63,941 nucleotides of DNA from Prasinococcaceae sp. CCMP 1430. Taxonomy: Eukaryota; Plantae; Prasinodermophyta. Location of the stretch: the NCBI GenBank assembly GCA_013416795.1, contig RQSC01000808.1, positions 12,626 to 76,566 on the forward strand, in the 5' to 3' direction. Under the pieces are notes generated by a model. It ran no database searches. It was not told the origin of the DNA and saw only the letters and a program-made list of their open reading frames with translations. Positions 28,137 to 39,990 of this stretch are shown here, piece after piece (position 1 is the stretch's first letter; each line of letters starts with the position of its first letter). A program made the position numbers and the translations under genes.

Positions 28137-29714
28137 ATGTCGGCGTGCGAGTCAGCGGGGGCCGCCACCGGCGCGCCCGCGCTGGGGGGCGCGCTGGCAC
28201 AGGGCGCGAGCTCGTTCGTGGCCTCCGGAGCTCCCGAAGCGTCACACGGAGCAGCGCCAGCTCAAGCTGTGGGACCTGGCGCAGCGGCAGTGGCGGCAGT
28301 CGAGAGGGAGCGGCAGGTGCTGGGGGCTCTCCTAGCGTGGTGCGCTTCGCGAGGCGTGCGCAACGTGTCCGTGCGCCCCGCGGAGTTCCCCGAATCTGGC
28401 GGCCGCGGGCTCGCCGCCGTGCGCGCGCTGGCCCCCGGCGACGTGCTCGTCGCCGTGCCCGAGGACGCGCTGATGAGCGGCGCGAGCGCGGCGCGCGATG
28501 CCGGCTGTGCGGCGGCGATGCGCGCGGCTGCGGACGCCGCCGGTGGTCGCGCGCTGCAGCCCGAAGAGCGCCTGGCGCTGCACGTGCTGTGCGAGTTGGC
28601 CAAGGGGACCACGAGCGCGTGGGCGCCGTACTTGCGGTCGCTGCCTGCGCGCTACGACACGCTCGCGCACTTCTCGGCAGACTGCGCCGCCGAGTTGCAG
28701 GCCAGCTGGGCAGTGAGCCTCGCGCGAGCAGAGTTACGGCGTGTGGGACTGTCGGCGACCCGCGCGCGGCCGGCGCGCGAGCACGCCCGTGCGGCGCTGC
28801 CTGAGCGCCTGCAGAGCCTATCGGCATGGAGATGGGCGCTGGCGACAGTGGGTTCGCGCGCGGTGTATGTGCCCTTCGACGCGGCAGGCGCACTGTGCCC
28901 GCTGGGCGACTTGCACAACTACGCACCGCCGCTGCGAGCGGGCGAGGTCGAGCTACAGCAGGGCGGGACGCAGCACTTTGGCGAGGGGAGTGGCGACGCC
29001 GTCTTCGAGGAAGGACATCTCGTGTGGAGAGCGAGGCGCTACTACCGCGAGGGTGAGGAAGCGCTCGTGTGCTACGGGAGGTACACCAATCTGCAGTTGC
29101 TCGAGCTCTACGGATTTGTGCTGCGTGACAATCCGCACGACACGTATCAGCTCGGTGACCTCTCGCTGCGGGCGCTCAGGCTTCGGCTGCCGGAGGCCCA
29201 CACACCGCTTGGTCGAGTCGTCGCCGAGCTAAGGACGGAGGACGCCTGTTTGAGCGTAGACACAGACGGCCGGCCCAGCTGGGAGCTCATGGCGCTTCTA
29301 CGGGCCGCGTTCTACGACGTCAAAGACGACGCCTCGGCAGATGTTCGCGCCGCTCGCTCTGCCACTGCGCGGCGAGGGTCAGCCGAGCAACGCTGGAGTG
29401 AGGGGCGCGTGGAAAAGTCGCGTCACGCCGCCGCCGAGCGTCTACGCGCTGGGGAGCCGCTCTCGGACGCGAGTGAGGCGAGGAGCTCGCGATGGCTTGC
29501 AATGGCTGTGAGGAGCGAGCTCCGCGCGGTTCCGACGTCTGCGTCGGAGGACGAGGCGCTCCTCGTCGGCGAGGCGGGCCGCGGCAGCGATGGTTGCCTG
29601 GGCGACAGGGCCTCGGCGGACCGCGTGCGCCTCGCCATCCAGTGGCGCCTGGGATGGAAGAGGGCGCTCGAGGCGACAGAGCGTCGCGCGTTCGCGGTGG
29701 CCGCCAGCGTGTGA
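28137..29714 (+). CDS. SET-domain protein lysine methyltransferase, SETD4/SDG40/Rubisco-LSMT class
   Basis: GGRGLAAVRAL..GDVLVAVP, WAPYLRSLP, LCPLGDLHNY, EEALVCYGRYTNLQLLELYGF. Confidence 0.88.
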   Translation: MSACESAGAATGAPALGGALAQGASSFVASGAPEASHGAAPAQAVGPGAAAVAAVERERQVLGALLAWCASRGVRNVSVRPAEFPESGGRGLAAVRALAPGDVLVAVPEDALMSGASAARDAGCAAAMRAAADAAGGRALQPEERLALHVLCELAKGTTSAWAPYLRSLPARYDTLAHFSADCAAELQASWAVSLARAELRRVGLSATRARPAREHARAALPERLQSLSAWRWALATVGSRAVYVPFDAAGALCPLGDLHNYAPPLRAGEVELQQGGTQHFGEGSGDAVFEEGHLVWRARRYYREGEEALVCYGRYTNLQLLELYGFVLRDNPHDTYQLGDLSLRALRLRLPEAHTPLGRVVAELRTEDACLSVDTDGRPSWELMALLRAAFYDVKDDASADVRAARSATARRGSAEQRWSEGRVEKSRHAAAERLRAGEPLSDASEARSSRWLAMAVRSELRAVPTSASEDEALLVGEAGRGSDGCLGDRASADRVRLAIQWRLGWKRALEATERRAFAVAASV

Positions 29715-29896
29715 GCACGGACGAAGCGACGCGCGTCCTCCTCTGCCGGCGCATCGCCGCCAGACCGTACAATTCAGACTGCGTGGAGAAGCGGCGTTGC
29801 GCGACGCAAATCTCTCTTGCGTAATACTGTCATGCACTTCAATGTGTACGCGCTCCTGCGAAGGCGAAGACATGCGCGCACGCGGAAACTAACAGG

Positions 29897-31546
29897 ATGG
29901 GACGGAATGATGGTGAGGAAGGTGCACACGTGTGGACTGAGGGGGGGAAGAGAGAGAAGGGGGGGGGGGCGGAGGGCCAGAGCACCGCGCGGGGGCGCCT
30001 CTCTCGAAGCCTCCGCCGCCACCTTGCCTCTTCTGGCGCGCGCGCGCGCGCGCACGGCGGATGGCGCCGCCGCACCGTAGTGGCGAGAGGGACCGACGAG
30101 CGCGCGCTCGCGCGCTCGGCATCGCTGCAGCGTGCGAGTGCCGGCCAGGGCGCGACCCCCGAGGAACTCCGGGAACGCCGCGCGGGCGAGGTGCGGCCCG
30201 TTGAGGGGGGCGACACGCCGGCGCCACGAACGAGCGACGCTCGTGTGCTTCTTGTCGCCGGCACGCGTGCGCCGGAGGTAGCCAGGCCGCGCCCTGAAGA
30301 GCGACGGGAGCGTGGCACGAGTGACGTGCGGCTCGCCTGGGGAAGGAGCGGCGCTCCATCGCCCAGTCTGAGCGCCGTGCACGCCCTCGTCCTCGTGACG
30401 ATACCGTTCACGTGGGCGACCTGGTCAGTCTTCAATGCATACCTGCTTGCCGCGGTCGAGGGCGCGGGCGCCCCGCCACCGCCGCCACTTGCGCTCAACC
30501 TGGGATCTCATACGGTGTCGTTTGCGGCGCTCAGTGCTGCTCTCGCCTTGCGGTGCGCCATACGCGCACGAAGACGAGGAGGGGAGGTGCGGCCGGCCAA
30601 CATCGAACTCGCCCCTGCAAGCCAACGCCCTGAAGAGCGCCTCCGCGCGAGCGCAGATGACTCGGGCGAGGAGGGCGCGCGCCTGCTCCAGCCGGGCGAT
30701 GGCCTGAGGAGCTTGAGCGAATCGAGCGTGCATGTGACCTTTGAACTGGCGGAGGATGTGCACACCGGTGGCGGCGCTCACACTGGCGCGTATCACATCC
30801 CTGCGTGCCCCGAGGCCCGCATCGTGGCGATCCGCGGCGGATGCGAGCTCGGCGCGTGCGTGTGGGTCGGCGCTGCCCTGCAGCTGTACGCGATCGCGCT
30901 GACGTCCGCGAGCCGCTCGACCTTCCTGGTGCAGGCGACTGCGATGATTGTGCCGCTGCTACAGGCGGCGCTGCTGCGAGAGAGAGTCGGGCGGAGGACG
31001 TGGTGGTCTTGTGCGGTGGCGACCGTGGGCATTGCCATCCTCACGCTCGGCGGTGGGGAAGGTGACAGCAGCACATCCGCACATACCGGTCTGGGTGACA
31101 CGCTCGCGCTGCTAGCCGCCCTGATCTACTCGGTCCAAGTGGTGCGCACGCAGCGATTTGCAACCCAGTGCGATTTACTGGAACTCAGCTGGGCATTTGC
31201 CATGACTGAGGCGGCGCTTAGCGCATTCGCCGTCGGCGCTGGTATTGCGGGTGGCCTGTTCGAGCTCACGCCGACGCTGAGGGGGGTCGCGGAAGCGGGT
31301 CCGGACGTGGCCGCCGTCGTCTGCGCGTGTTTGGTGTGGAACGGTCTCTTCCCGACGGCATACTCAGCGTGGGCCCAGGGCTTCGTGCAAGCAGCGGTCC
31401 CGCCTGCGCGTGCAAATTTAGTATTCTCCTCCTCGCCACTCCTCGCGGCGGTTCTCGCAGCAGCCTTGCTCGGCGAGCGGCTGGGAGCGCCCGCTGCTTT
31501 TGGAGGTTTGCTCATCGTGGCTGCGTGCGCCGTCGGTGGAAGCTAG
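29897..31546 (+). CDS. EamA/DMT-family transporter, possibly plastid-targeted; start uncertain
   Basis: Multiple hydrophobic segments; GAALQLYAIALTSASRSTFLVQATAMIVPLL, GDTLALLAALIYSV, ANLVFSSSPLLAAVLAAALLGE..FGGLLIV. Confidence 0.85.
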   Translation: MGRNDGEEGAHVWTEGGKREKGGGAEGQSTARGRLSRSLRRHLASSGARARAHGGWRRRTVVARGTDERALARSASLQRASAGQGATPEELRERRAGEVRPVEGGDTPAPRTSDARVLLVAGTRAPEVARPRPEERRERGTSDVRLAWGRSGAPSPSLSAVHALVLVTIPFTWATWSVFNAYLLAAVEGAGAPPPPPLALNLGSHTVSFAALSAALALRCAIRARRRGGEVRPANIELAPASQRPEERLRASADDSGEEGARLLQPGDGLRSLSESSVHVTFELAEDVHTGGGAHTGAYHIPACPEARIVAIRGGCELGACVWVGAALQLYAIALTSASRSTFLVQATAMIVPLLQAALLRERVGRRTWWSCAVATVGIAILTLGGGEGDSSTSAHTGLGDTLALLAALIYSVQVVRTQRFATQCDLLELSWAFAMTEAALSAFAVGAGIAGGLFELTPTLRGVAEAGPDVAAVVCACLVWNGLFPTAYSAWAQGFVQAAVPPARANLVFSSSPLLAAVLAAALLGERLGAPAAFGGLLIVAACAVGGS

Positions 31547-31606
31547 GTATGTATGCTTCTTGTTGTAATTTAGCTATTAATGCTGCGCTGGCTCACGGCG
31601 TCGGGT

Positions 31607-32594
31607 TCATCCCATCTGCGCCTCCCTGCGCATGACGTCCTCGTCAAACTTGACGAGGAAGACTGTCCGCGGCTTCGCCTGACCCTCCACGGGCACGGAG
31701 TGCGCGGTCACACGCGCACCTTTGAGGACACGCGCATGCGGAGGCGCGGGCGCACACGCGCGTGGCCCTGCGTCAGCTTCTGGAAGAGGAGGCGCGCGCC
31801 GGACGCGGCGTTGCGGAGCACGGAGGATCACTGTGGCCCGTGGCGGTACCGTGGGTGCTCCAGCACGCGAGGGCGGGCGCCACTGCGAACGCGCGAGCGT
31901 GGGCGCGAGGACTCACCAAACCCTGCGCACGCAAGCGCCCCGCGCACGATTCCGGCCGAGAAAGCTGCGCAGGAGAGTTGGCCCATGTCGCGCGGCACCG
32001 AGATGAGCCTGTCCATTGCGTGGTCCTCGTCCACGAGCATGTACTCATCCGCGGCGTTGTCGCCCTTCTCGAGCGCGTCGGCCGCGCGCCCGAAGAGCGT
32101 GCGCCACACCCCGCCCTGCACAAAGGCTACGCGCGGAGGGCCAGGTGCGGAAGTCAGAGCGCGCCCAGTGTGGCGCGATGCGGCAGGCGCGAGCGAGCGC
32201 TGGACACCGCGGGCACACACGAGCGCAGATGGGACAACGACTGCCGCAGGTGACCCTCGCACGCAGGTTTGCGCGCTGAGCGCGCGAGCGAGCGCGCTTA
32301 CCCAGCGCCCCTAGCAGCCTAATTTCCCTCCTCCCCGGCCGCTGCCTCGCTGCGACGAGCTCCATCGCGCGTGTGCCGACATCCGCGCCCGCATCCGCAA
32401 GGCGCGCCTCGAGCTCATCGCCTGTGGCTGCAGCGTCGCGTGCGCGCTGCACGACCTCCGAGAAGAGCAGCGCCAGCGCCGATGAGGTGGCTCGCTGCGG
32501 CAGCGGGAGATTGAGCGCTGGCCCTGCCGCCGCCGCCGCCGCGCGTGTTCCGCCGGCCCCCACCGCCGAGGGCGTCCCGCCCGCCGCCGCCCCG
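31607..32594 (-). CDS. TRAPPC5: TRAPP complex subunit 5 (Trs31); multi-exon, 5' end runs into a gap
   Basis: SALALLFSEVVQ, LEARLADAGADVG, REIRLLGAL, VWRTLFGRAADALEK..DEYML, ISVPRDMGQLSCAAFSAGIVRGAL..GF, ARVTAH, RTVFLVKFDEDVMRRE. Confidence 0.92.
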
Positions 32595-32682
32595 NNNNNN
32601 NNNNNNNNNNNNNNNNNNNNNNNNNNNNNNNNNNNNNNNNNNNNNNNNNNNNNNNNNNNNNNNNNNNNNNNNNNNNNNNNNN
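32595..32682. other. Assembly gap (88 N)
   Basis: N-run. Confidence 1.
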
Positions 32683-33708
<1,026 letters not shown>

Positions 33709-34513
33709 NNNNNNNNNNNNNNNNNNNNNNNNNNNNNNNNNNNNNNNNNNNNNNNNNNNNNNNNNNNNNNNNNNNNNNNNNNNNNNNNNNNNNNNNNNNN
33801 NNNNNNNNNNNNNNNNNNNNNNNNNNNNNNNNNNNNNNNNNNNNNNNNNNNNNNNNNNNNNNNNNNNNNNNNNNNNNNNNNNNNNNNNNNNNNNNNNNNN
33901 NNNNNNNNNNNNNNNNNNNNNNNNNNNNNNNNNNNNNNNNNNNNNNNNNNNNNNNNNNNNNNNNNNNNNNNNNNNNNNNNNNNNNNNNNNNNNNNNNNNN
34001 NNNNNNNNNNNNNNNNNNNNNNNNNNNNNNNNNNNNNNNNNNNNNNNNNNNNNNNNNNNNNNNNNNNNNNNNNNNNNNNNNNNNNNNNNNNNNNNNNNNN
34101 NNNNNNNNNNNNNNNNNNNNNNNNNNNNNNNNNNNNNNNNNNNNNNNNNNNNNNNNNNNNNNNNNNNNNNNNNNNNNNNNNNNNNNNNNNNNNNNNNNNN
34201 NNNNNNNNNNNNNNNNNNNNNNNNNNNNNNNNNNNNNNNNNNNNNNNNNNNNNNNNNNNNNNNNNNNNNNNNNNNNNNNNNNNNNNNNNNNNNNNNNNNN
34301 NNNNNNNNNNNNNNNNNNNNNNNNNNNNNNNNNNNNNNNNNNNNNNNNNNNNNNNNNNNNNNNNNNNNNNNNNNNNNNNNNNNNNNNNNNNNNNNNNNNN
34401 NNNNNNNNNNNNNNNNNNNNNNNNNNNNNNNNNNNNNNNNNNNNNNNNNNNNNNNNNNNNNNNNNNNNNNNNNNNNNNNNNNNNNNNNNNNNNNNNNNNN
34501 NNNNNNNNNNNNN
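33709..34513. other. Assembly gap (805 N)
   Basis: N-run. Confidence 1.
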
Positions 34514-36359
34514 GGCGACGCCGACCGCCTCGAGGCGGCCGCGGGGGAGCTCAGGCGGCTCAGCGTCGCGCGCGGCACGGCAGACCACGGCCCCAACCAC
34601 GCCGCCCCTGAATCCACGAAGGAGCGAGTTCTTGCGTCTGCACTGCTTCCCGATGTGCTGTGGCAGCGCGTGCTGGGGGAGGCTGGCGCTCGAGCGTGCT
34701 GTGCGGCAGCGCGCTCGTGCACCGACCTGCGGCGCGCGGCATGCGCGCGTGGCGTATGGGACGCGCTTGCGCGCGGCGTCTTCGGCGACGCTCGCGACAC
34801 ATTTGCAAATGGAGGTGCACACAGCGCCGCCGCTGCGCGGCGGCACGCGCAAGCGAGGCGGCGCTCCGAAGAGGATGTGACCACCCCGGAGCTGCGTCGC
34901 GCCGTGCGCCGCTCCGAATTGCGTGCGGCGGCGTGGGAGGGCCTCACGAGCGGCCGGCATACCGACGAGGCGCGCTGGAGCGACGTGGGTGGCCTGAGTG
35001 CCTCTACGCTCTGGCAGGACGGAACCGTTGGGCTCGCGGCCGAGGGCAGGCAGCTTCGGCTCTTCGAGGTGTGTGCGCGCGCGGACTCGCGCGCGCACAT
35101 GGATGCACTCAGGCGTGTGGGCGCGCATGCTTCGCGTGCGCGTTGGAAGACCAGGCGCGTCCTGACCGCGCGGCGCAACCCTCTCTCGTGACGAAGGTGT
35201 CCTCAGGGCGCCGACTCTCCACTTGGCAGCAGCGCTCGGGCGCGCCGCTGAGTTGTGTAAGCGTCACCGGAGGCGTTTGCGCTGTCGGCGACGCATCGGG
35301 CGGCGCTCTCGTGCTCGACCTCGAAATTTCGCCGCTGGAGCCCATAGCTGGCGCGCAGCAGGCGGGCTGCCTCGCGGCAAAGACTACGTGCGTGTGCGAC
35401 ATCGAGTGCCTCGGCGCTGGGCGAGGCGTGCTGGCTGCCTTGCGTGGAGGGGATCTCGTCCATTGGCGGCCGCATGACTTTGTGCACGAGGCTTTCGGTG
35501 ATGGCGCGCACTCGGACTCGCGTGCGTGCAGCCCCGCCGCGGTGTGCTGCGTGGGCTCGACACGCGCGGAACTCGCAAATGAGGCAATGCACTGGACATG
35601 CGCTGGCGTCGGGTTATGGGACGTGCGCACCGGCATGCAGGTGTGGCAGAGCACGGTACGTGCGCGCGCGCGCATGCACGCGCGCACGCGCGCAAACGGT
35701 CACGCATGCCGCGTAACACTCGCTTGTAGCATTGCGCGGGTGGGCGCTGACGCCCGCACACATCGCCGTGTTGCCTCGCACAGGGCACCATCGGCTCGGC
35801 ACACTCGGCTCTGGCGGACATGTTCGAGTCGCGCGATCGCGCCGCGTCCGAGCTGGCGGCTGCCGCGCACGGTGGCAATCAGCACACCGCCGCTGTCGAC
35901 GCAGCATCCTGCACGCACCTGCTCGCTCAACTGAACGAGAATACTTGCGCCGCGGCATGTGCGGGCGGCTTTAGCCTGTGGGATGCGCGCGTGGGCTGCG
36001 TAGCTCACGCTGCGCCATTGGCTGGCACGCTCGCTCACGCTGCTCGTGTCCGCGCACCACGCTGGGTGGAGACGAATGCGCATCACTTGGTGTTGGTGCA
36101 GGCGGAGGGCGGTGCGGCGGTGGGCGTGGATGTGCGGGCGCTGCCCTCGGGCCGCGCGGCAACAGCAGCGCTCACTCTGCGCCCGCGCGCCACCGAGGGC
36201 GATGGCAGCTGCGCAGTGGGCGCTCGCGGTGGGCGCGTGCCGCTCGACGCGGCCTCGCTGACCTGCGTGCGTGTCAGCAGAGACTCGTGCACGGGCGGGG
36301 AGGTGGTGCTTGCGGGCATGGGTCCGCGGCATCCTCTGTTGCGATTACACCTCCCGTGA
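34514..36359 (+). CDS. Putative F-box plus degenerate WD40/beta-propeller protein; multi-exon, 5' partial
   Basis: LLPDVLWQRVLGEAGARACCAAARSCTDLRRAA (F-box-like); later beta-strand repeats LSCVSVTGGVCAVGDASGGALVLDL, GVGLWDVRTG, GFSLWDAR; likely introns ~35070-35185 and ~35657-35780. Confidence 0.5.
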
Positions 36360-36490
36360 GCGCGTGGTAGCCTGTGTACATCTACAAATTCGTTTGGTAC
36401 GCTTACATGACAGGGTGTCGTCCACAGACTTGCGCTTGCATCGAGTGCGCCGCTTGGATGACCCCGCGCCCCGCGGCCACGCCCCGATGC

Positions 36491-39109
36491 TCAGTACGGC
36501 AACGACGCCAAGTACATCGGCGATTGGGGGCGCTCGTCGGCGCTCACATCACCTGCAAGGGCATCGCCTGCGAGCGCGGGGTCCATCTCGTAGTCGTCGG
36601 GTCCCTGCTGGGACAGTTGCCTCGGCGCCGCGGCGAGGTCTTGCGACTCGTCCGGCTGCGGGTGGCTGAGCTGTCTGGTGTGTGTGTGCTCGTCGAACTG
36701 GGCCCCGAGGCGCGCTCGGGCCCGCGCGACGCGATGCTTGACGAGCCACTGCCCCAGCCGGCTTCTCTTCGATGCGCGTTTGCTCCATAGCCGCGGGGTG
36801 CCCTGGACGGCCTTGTTGTTGAGCGCCCCCCACATCTGAAACAGCGTGAAGCGCACGTGCGTCCGCAGGAAGTGCCGCAAGCGCCGGCGAGCATCGCCCC
36901 CGCTCGCAGACGGCCGCACGATCTCGGACGTGATTTCGTCCACGCCAGCTCCGGCTGCGGCGAAGTCGGGATTTGTTTCCGCATCGCTTTGCTCGCACTC
37001 ATCCCCCTCAGTTGCATCCCAGTGACGATTGAGGACGGTGGTTGTGGCATCGCCTTCGACCTTGCGCGGAGATGTGCTGAGGTCGGCGGTGGCCTGCTCA
37101 TTGATATGCTGCTGAGCCTCGAAGAACATGTGAGGCACATCACCGAAGTCGGCCGAGAGGTCGCTCAAGACAGCGCCCACGATTTCTCCCTGCGACGAAG
37201 GCTCAAACAAGCAGTCAAACATTCCGACATCCTGGGAGCTCAGCACGGGCATGGCGCCAGGGGAGGTCGGGGCACCACACGTGTCCTCCGTGCCGAATCC
37301 AGGCAGCGGCTCGTCAGCGCTGAGCTCGTGTATCTGCGAAAGGCCCTCGAGGGGAGCACCGCTGGCGCCAATGTTGTCCTGCGATGCAGGGAACTCGTAC
37401 GCCGGGTCCAGAACGGGCACCTCTTCGACGCCTACGCTGAGACCGCTTCGGAGCAGATCGATGCGCTTGCAGAGCCGCAGCATGCCCGCCGTTGTCTTCG
37501 CCGCGCTTCCCCTCCCGTCGAAGGGGTCGACGTCGAGTAGGCTCCAGCCCGGATGAAGTGGCTTCAGCCAGGCTTTGTACGCCTCCTCCGTGAGCCTGTT
37601 GAACTCGTCGCCCTCCGCCGTGCCATCGGCAATCTTCCAAATCTCGGTGATGATCGGGGACTTCCAGGGCGACTTGTCCGCCCTCTTTTTGCCCTTGGTC
37701 TCCCCGGGCTTGACCATCGCGAAGGGGAACTGTCGGTCGTCAAACATGAGCACGGCCAGCGGCATGGCCTTGGTATCATTGGCCGGGTCGACACCCTCCG
37801 GCCAGCGGGCGTAGCATCGCGGTTTGCTCCGCTCCATGACGTACGCGGTGCACTGCGCTAAGATCTTCTCGAAGGAGCACGAGTCGACGCCCGACGCCAA
37901 GCACACGCCACTCGCACCCTCGGGGTGTACCTTGACGGCGCGAAGAAACTCTGCGACGGTCGCAACCTCACCCTCATCCGTGCCTCCGCCCACGTTCGCA
38001 GCACTCTCGCCGCCTTCTGCGGCGGCCAGCGTTTCGCGCACCGCCGTAGTAAGCATGCGCGCGCGCGCTTTCTCCACATTGTTCGCCTGCAGCAGGGAGT
38101 CGGTGAGCAACAACTTCTTCGGCTTCTGGAATTCTTCCGAGCGTCTCATCTTGACGTCGAAGTCCGTGCTCGAGCGCGCCCCCATGATGCCGTGGTTCGG
38201 CTTGCCCCGGCGAGGCCCGTCGCCGTGCAGCACGCGCACGCCGAGGCGGAACCTGCTCGTTTCTCCCCGCGAGTGCGAAGTGATGTGCATGGTCAACGGA
38301 AGCGTGGCGATAGACTCGCCCTTTTTGAGCACCGTGATGTTGTCCTTGATCACGTCGTTCTTGTACACGTGTGCGTCGAACGTCTCCCCGTCATAGACGT
38401 CGCTGACGAAGTCTGGCTCCAGCACGCACGCCTCGAGCACCAAGTCGTGCGGCGCGGGGCACTGGCGCCCCTGCGAGTCGCATAGGATCACCTGCAGCGG
38501 CGAGTTGCACGGCGCGTGCAGCAGCGCGCCTGTGAAGGGCTCCTCTTTGTCGCCGAACGTGTGCTTCGCGATGAAGTAAGCGCTCCGGAAGTGGCGGCAC
38601 GCGCGGTCGGTCACCTGCGCACAGAAACCGCAGTCCGGGCGCTCGCAGAACGGGTAGCGCTTGATACACGTGTGCGAGAACTGAAGGCGCAGGTCGCCGT
38701 ACGTGTGCGCTGCCTCCATGTCCGAGTTCACTGCGAGCTCTCTGTGGTCCAGCTGCGCCGCGGCGCGCGCCCTGAGCGCCTTGTCGACCTTGAGCGACGC
38801 CAGGAAGCCGCGGCAGCGCCAGATCGTATACAGCTCCAGGTACGAGGCCGACATGTTTTGCATCAAATCAGTGACCTCCTTCGACTTCCACGCCTGAGGC
38901 GCCCAGCCGTCCTTCATGGGCTCCGAGCCAGGCACTACCAACGCGGACGGCACGGCGGGGGTAGCCGGCCCACGCTTCTTCGCCCTCCTGCCCGCCGCGG
39001 GCGCCGCCGCGGGCCGCTTCGGCGGGCGCCCGCTCGTTCCTTCGCCGCCGGAGCAGCGCAGGGCGGCTTCCGCAGCGGTCTCCGCGCGCGTGGCAGGGCG
39101 GCCTCCCAT
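36491..39109 (-). CDS. CBP60/SARD1-like calmodulin-binding transcription factor (N, middle and C domains) with a disordered tail
   Basis: LRLQF..EPFTG..PLQVILCD; LEACVLEPDF; ETFDAHVYK; VLKKGES; SRFRLGVRV; DFDVKMRRSEEFQK; TVAEFLRAV..LASGV..FEKILAQCTAYV; LTEEAYKAW; C-terminal basic RRRLRHFLRTHVRFTLFQMWGALNNKA. Confidence 0.82.
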   Translation of the reverse strand: MGGRPATRAETAAEAALRCSGGEGTSGRPPKRPAAAPAAGRRAKKRGPATPAVPSALVVPGSEPMKDGWAPQAWKSKEVTDLMQNMSASYLELYTIWRCRGFLASLKVDKALRARAAAQLDHRELAVNSDMEAAHTYGDLRLQFSHTCIKRYPFCERPDCGFCAQVTDRACRHFRSAYFIAKHTFGDKEEPFTGALLHAPCNSPLQVILCDSQGRQCPAPHDLVLEACVLEPDFVSDVYDGETFDAHVYKNDVIKDNITVLKKGESIATLPLTMHITSHSRGETSRFRLGVRVLHGDGPRRGKPNHGIMGARSSTDFDVKMRRSEEFQKPKKLLLTDSLLQANNVEKARARMLTTAVRETLAAAEGGESAANVGGGTDEGEVATVAEFLRAVKVHPEGASGVCLASGVDSCSFEKILAQCTAYVMERSKPRCYARWPEGVDPANDTKAMPLAVLMFDDRQFPFAMVKPGETKGKKRADKSPWKSPIITEIWKIADGTAEGDEFNRLTEEAYKAWLKPLHPGWSLLDVDPFDGRGSAAKTTAGMLRLCKRIDLLRSGLSVGVEEVPVLDPAYEFPASQDNIGASGAPLEGLSQIHELSADEPLPGFGTEDTCGAPTSPGAMPVLSSQDVGMFDCLFEPSSQGEIVGAVLSDLSADFGDVPHMFFEAQQHINEQATADLSTSPRKVEGDATTTVLNRHWDATEGDECEQSDAETNPDFAAAGAGVDEITSEIVRPSASGGDARRRLRHFLRTHVRFTLFQMWGALNNKAVQGTPRLWSKRASKRSRLGQWLVKHRVARARARLGAQFDEHTHTRQLSHPQPDESQDLAAAPRQLSQQGPDDYEMDPALAGDALAGDVSADERPQSPMYLASLPY

Positions 39110-39944
39110 CGTACAAGGCCGCTCGCGCGCTTCGAGAGCCCGTGGCGACCCTGCCCGCACGCCCCCCCCCCTGGCCGCCGCCGGCCTGCGCCGCCCTGTA
39201 GGCGCGGCCCGACGACTGTCGCCGGCGCCTTTCCCAGCGCACACACACGCACACACGCGCGCACACACACGCGCACGAGCGTGCGTTCTGATGGCGCCCC
39301 GCCGGCGCCGCGCCGCGCGTGCGTTCTGATGGGCGCTCAAACGCCTCCGCGCGATCGCGCGCCCCCGCGCCCCGCGCGCCAAAACCCCCGAAAAACACCC
39401 GAAAAAGCGCGACGGGCCTCGCAATCGGAGGGGCGCCTCCCCGCACGGGAGACACGTGAAACGACCCGAGAAATGCGCGACGCCACCAACCGACGGCCGG
39501 CCGGCTTGTCCGTCCGGAGTTAGGGGTTTTATTGAGGTGTAGACAATAGGGTTCGATACCCCTTCAAACACCTCATCAATTCTCATCATGGCGTGTCCGT
39601 TCGCGAGCGACAACGCAGCGTTACGAGGGACGTCAACATTACCCACGGGCGCTACCATCGGCGTCGGCCGTGATGTGATGGTGATCGAAAGCCTGCCGCC
39701 GGCGGTAGGGTTTGGCAGGCAGCCGGCCTGCACCTGAAGCCCTCGCCTGCGTGCGCGCGCGCGCGGCGCGGCGCGCGTGGATTCCGCCTCATTTTAGTGT
39801 ACTATGAATATGAGGTTCCTAAATTCTTGAGAATTTTGAAGTATCCAGAAGGAATCCATTGCCGTTGCGGGACGGGCGAAAAGCGCGCGGGCGCGGGCGG
39901 GCTGGCGCGGGCGCCACAGGGCTCGGGTGCGCGGCGGGGCGGCC

Positions 39945-39990
39945 NNNNNNNNNNNNNNNNNNNNNNNNNNNNNNNNNNNNNNNNNNNNNN
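39945..39990. other. Assembly gap (46 N)
   Basis: N-run. Confidence 1.

Noticed and set aside
39533-39575. Canonical or permuted tRNA gene
   Set aside because: No D or anticodon arm, and the T-stem does not stack directly on the acceptor stem; kept only as a weak hairpin observation.
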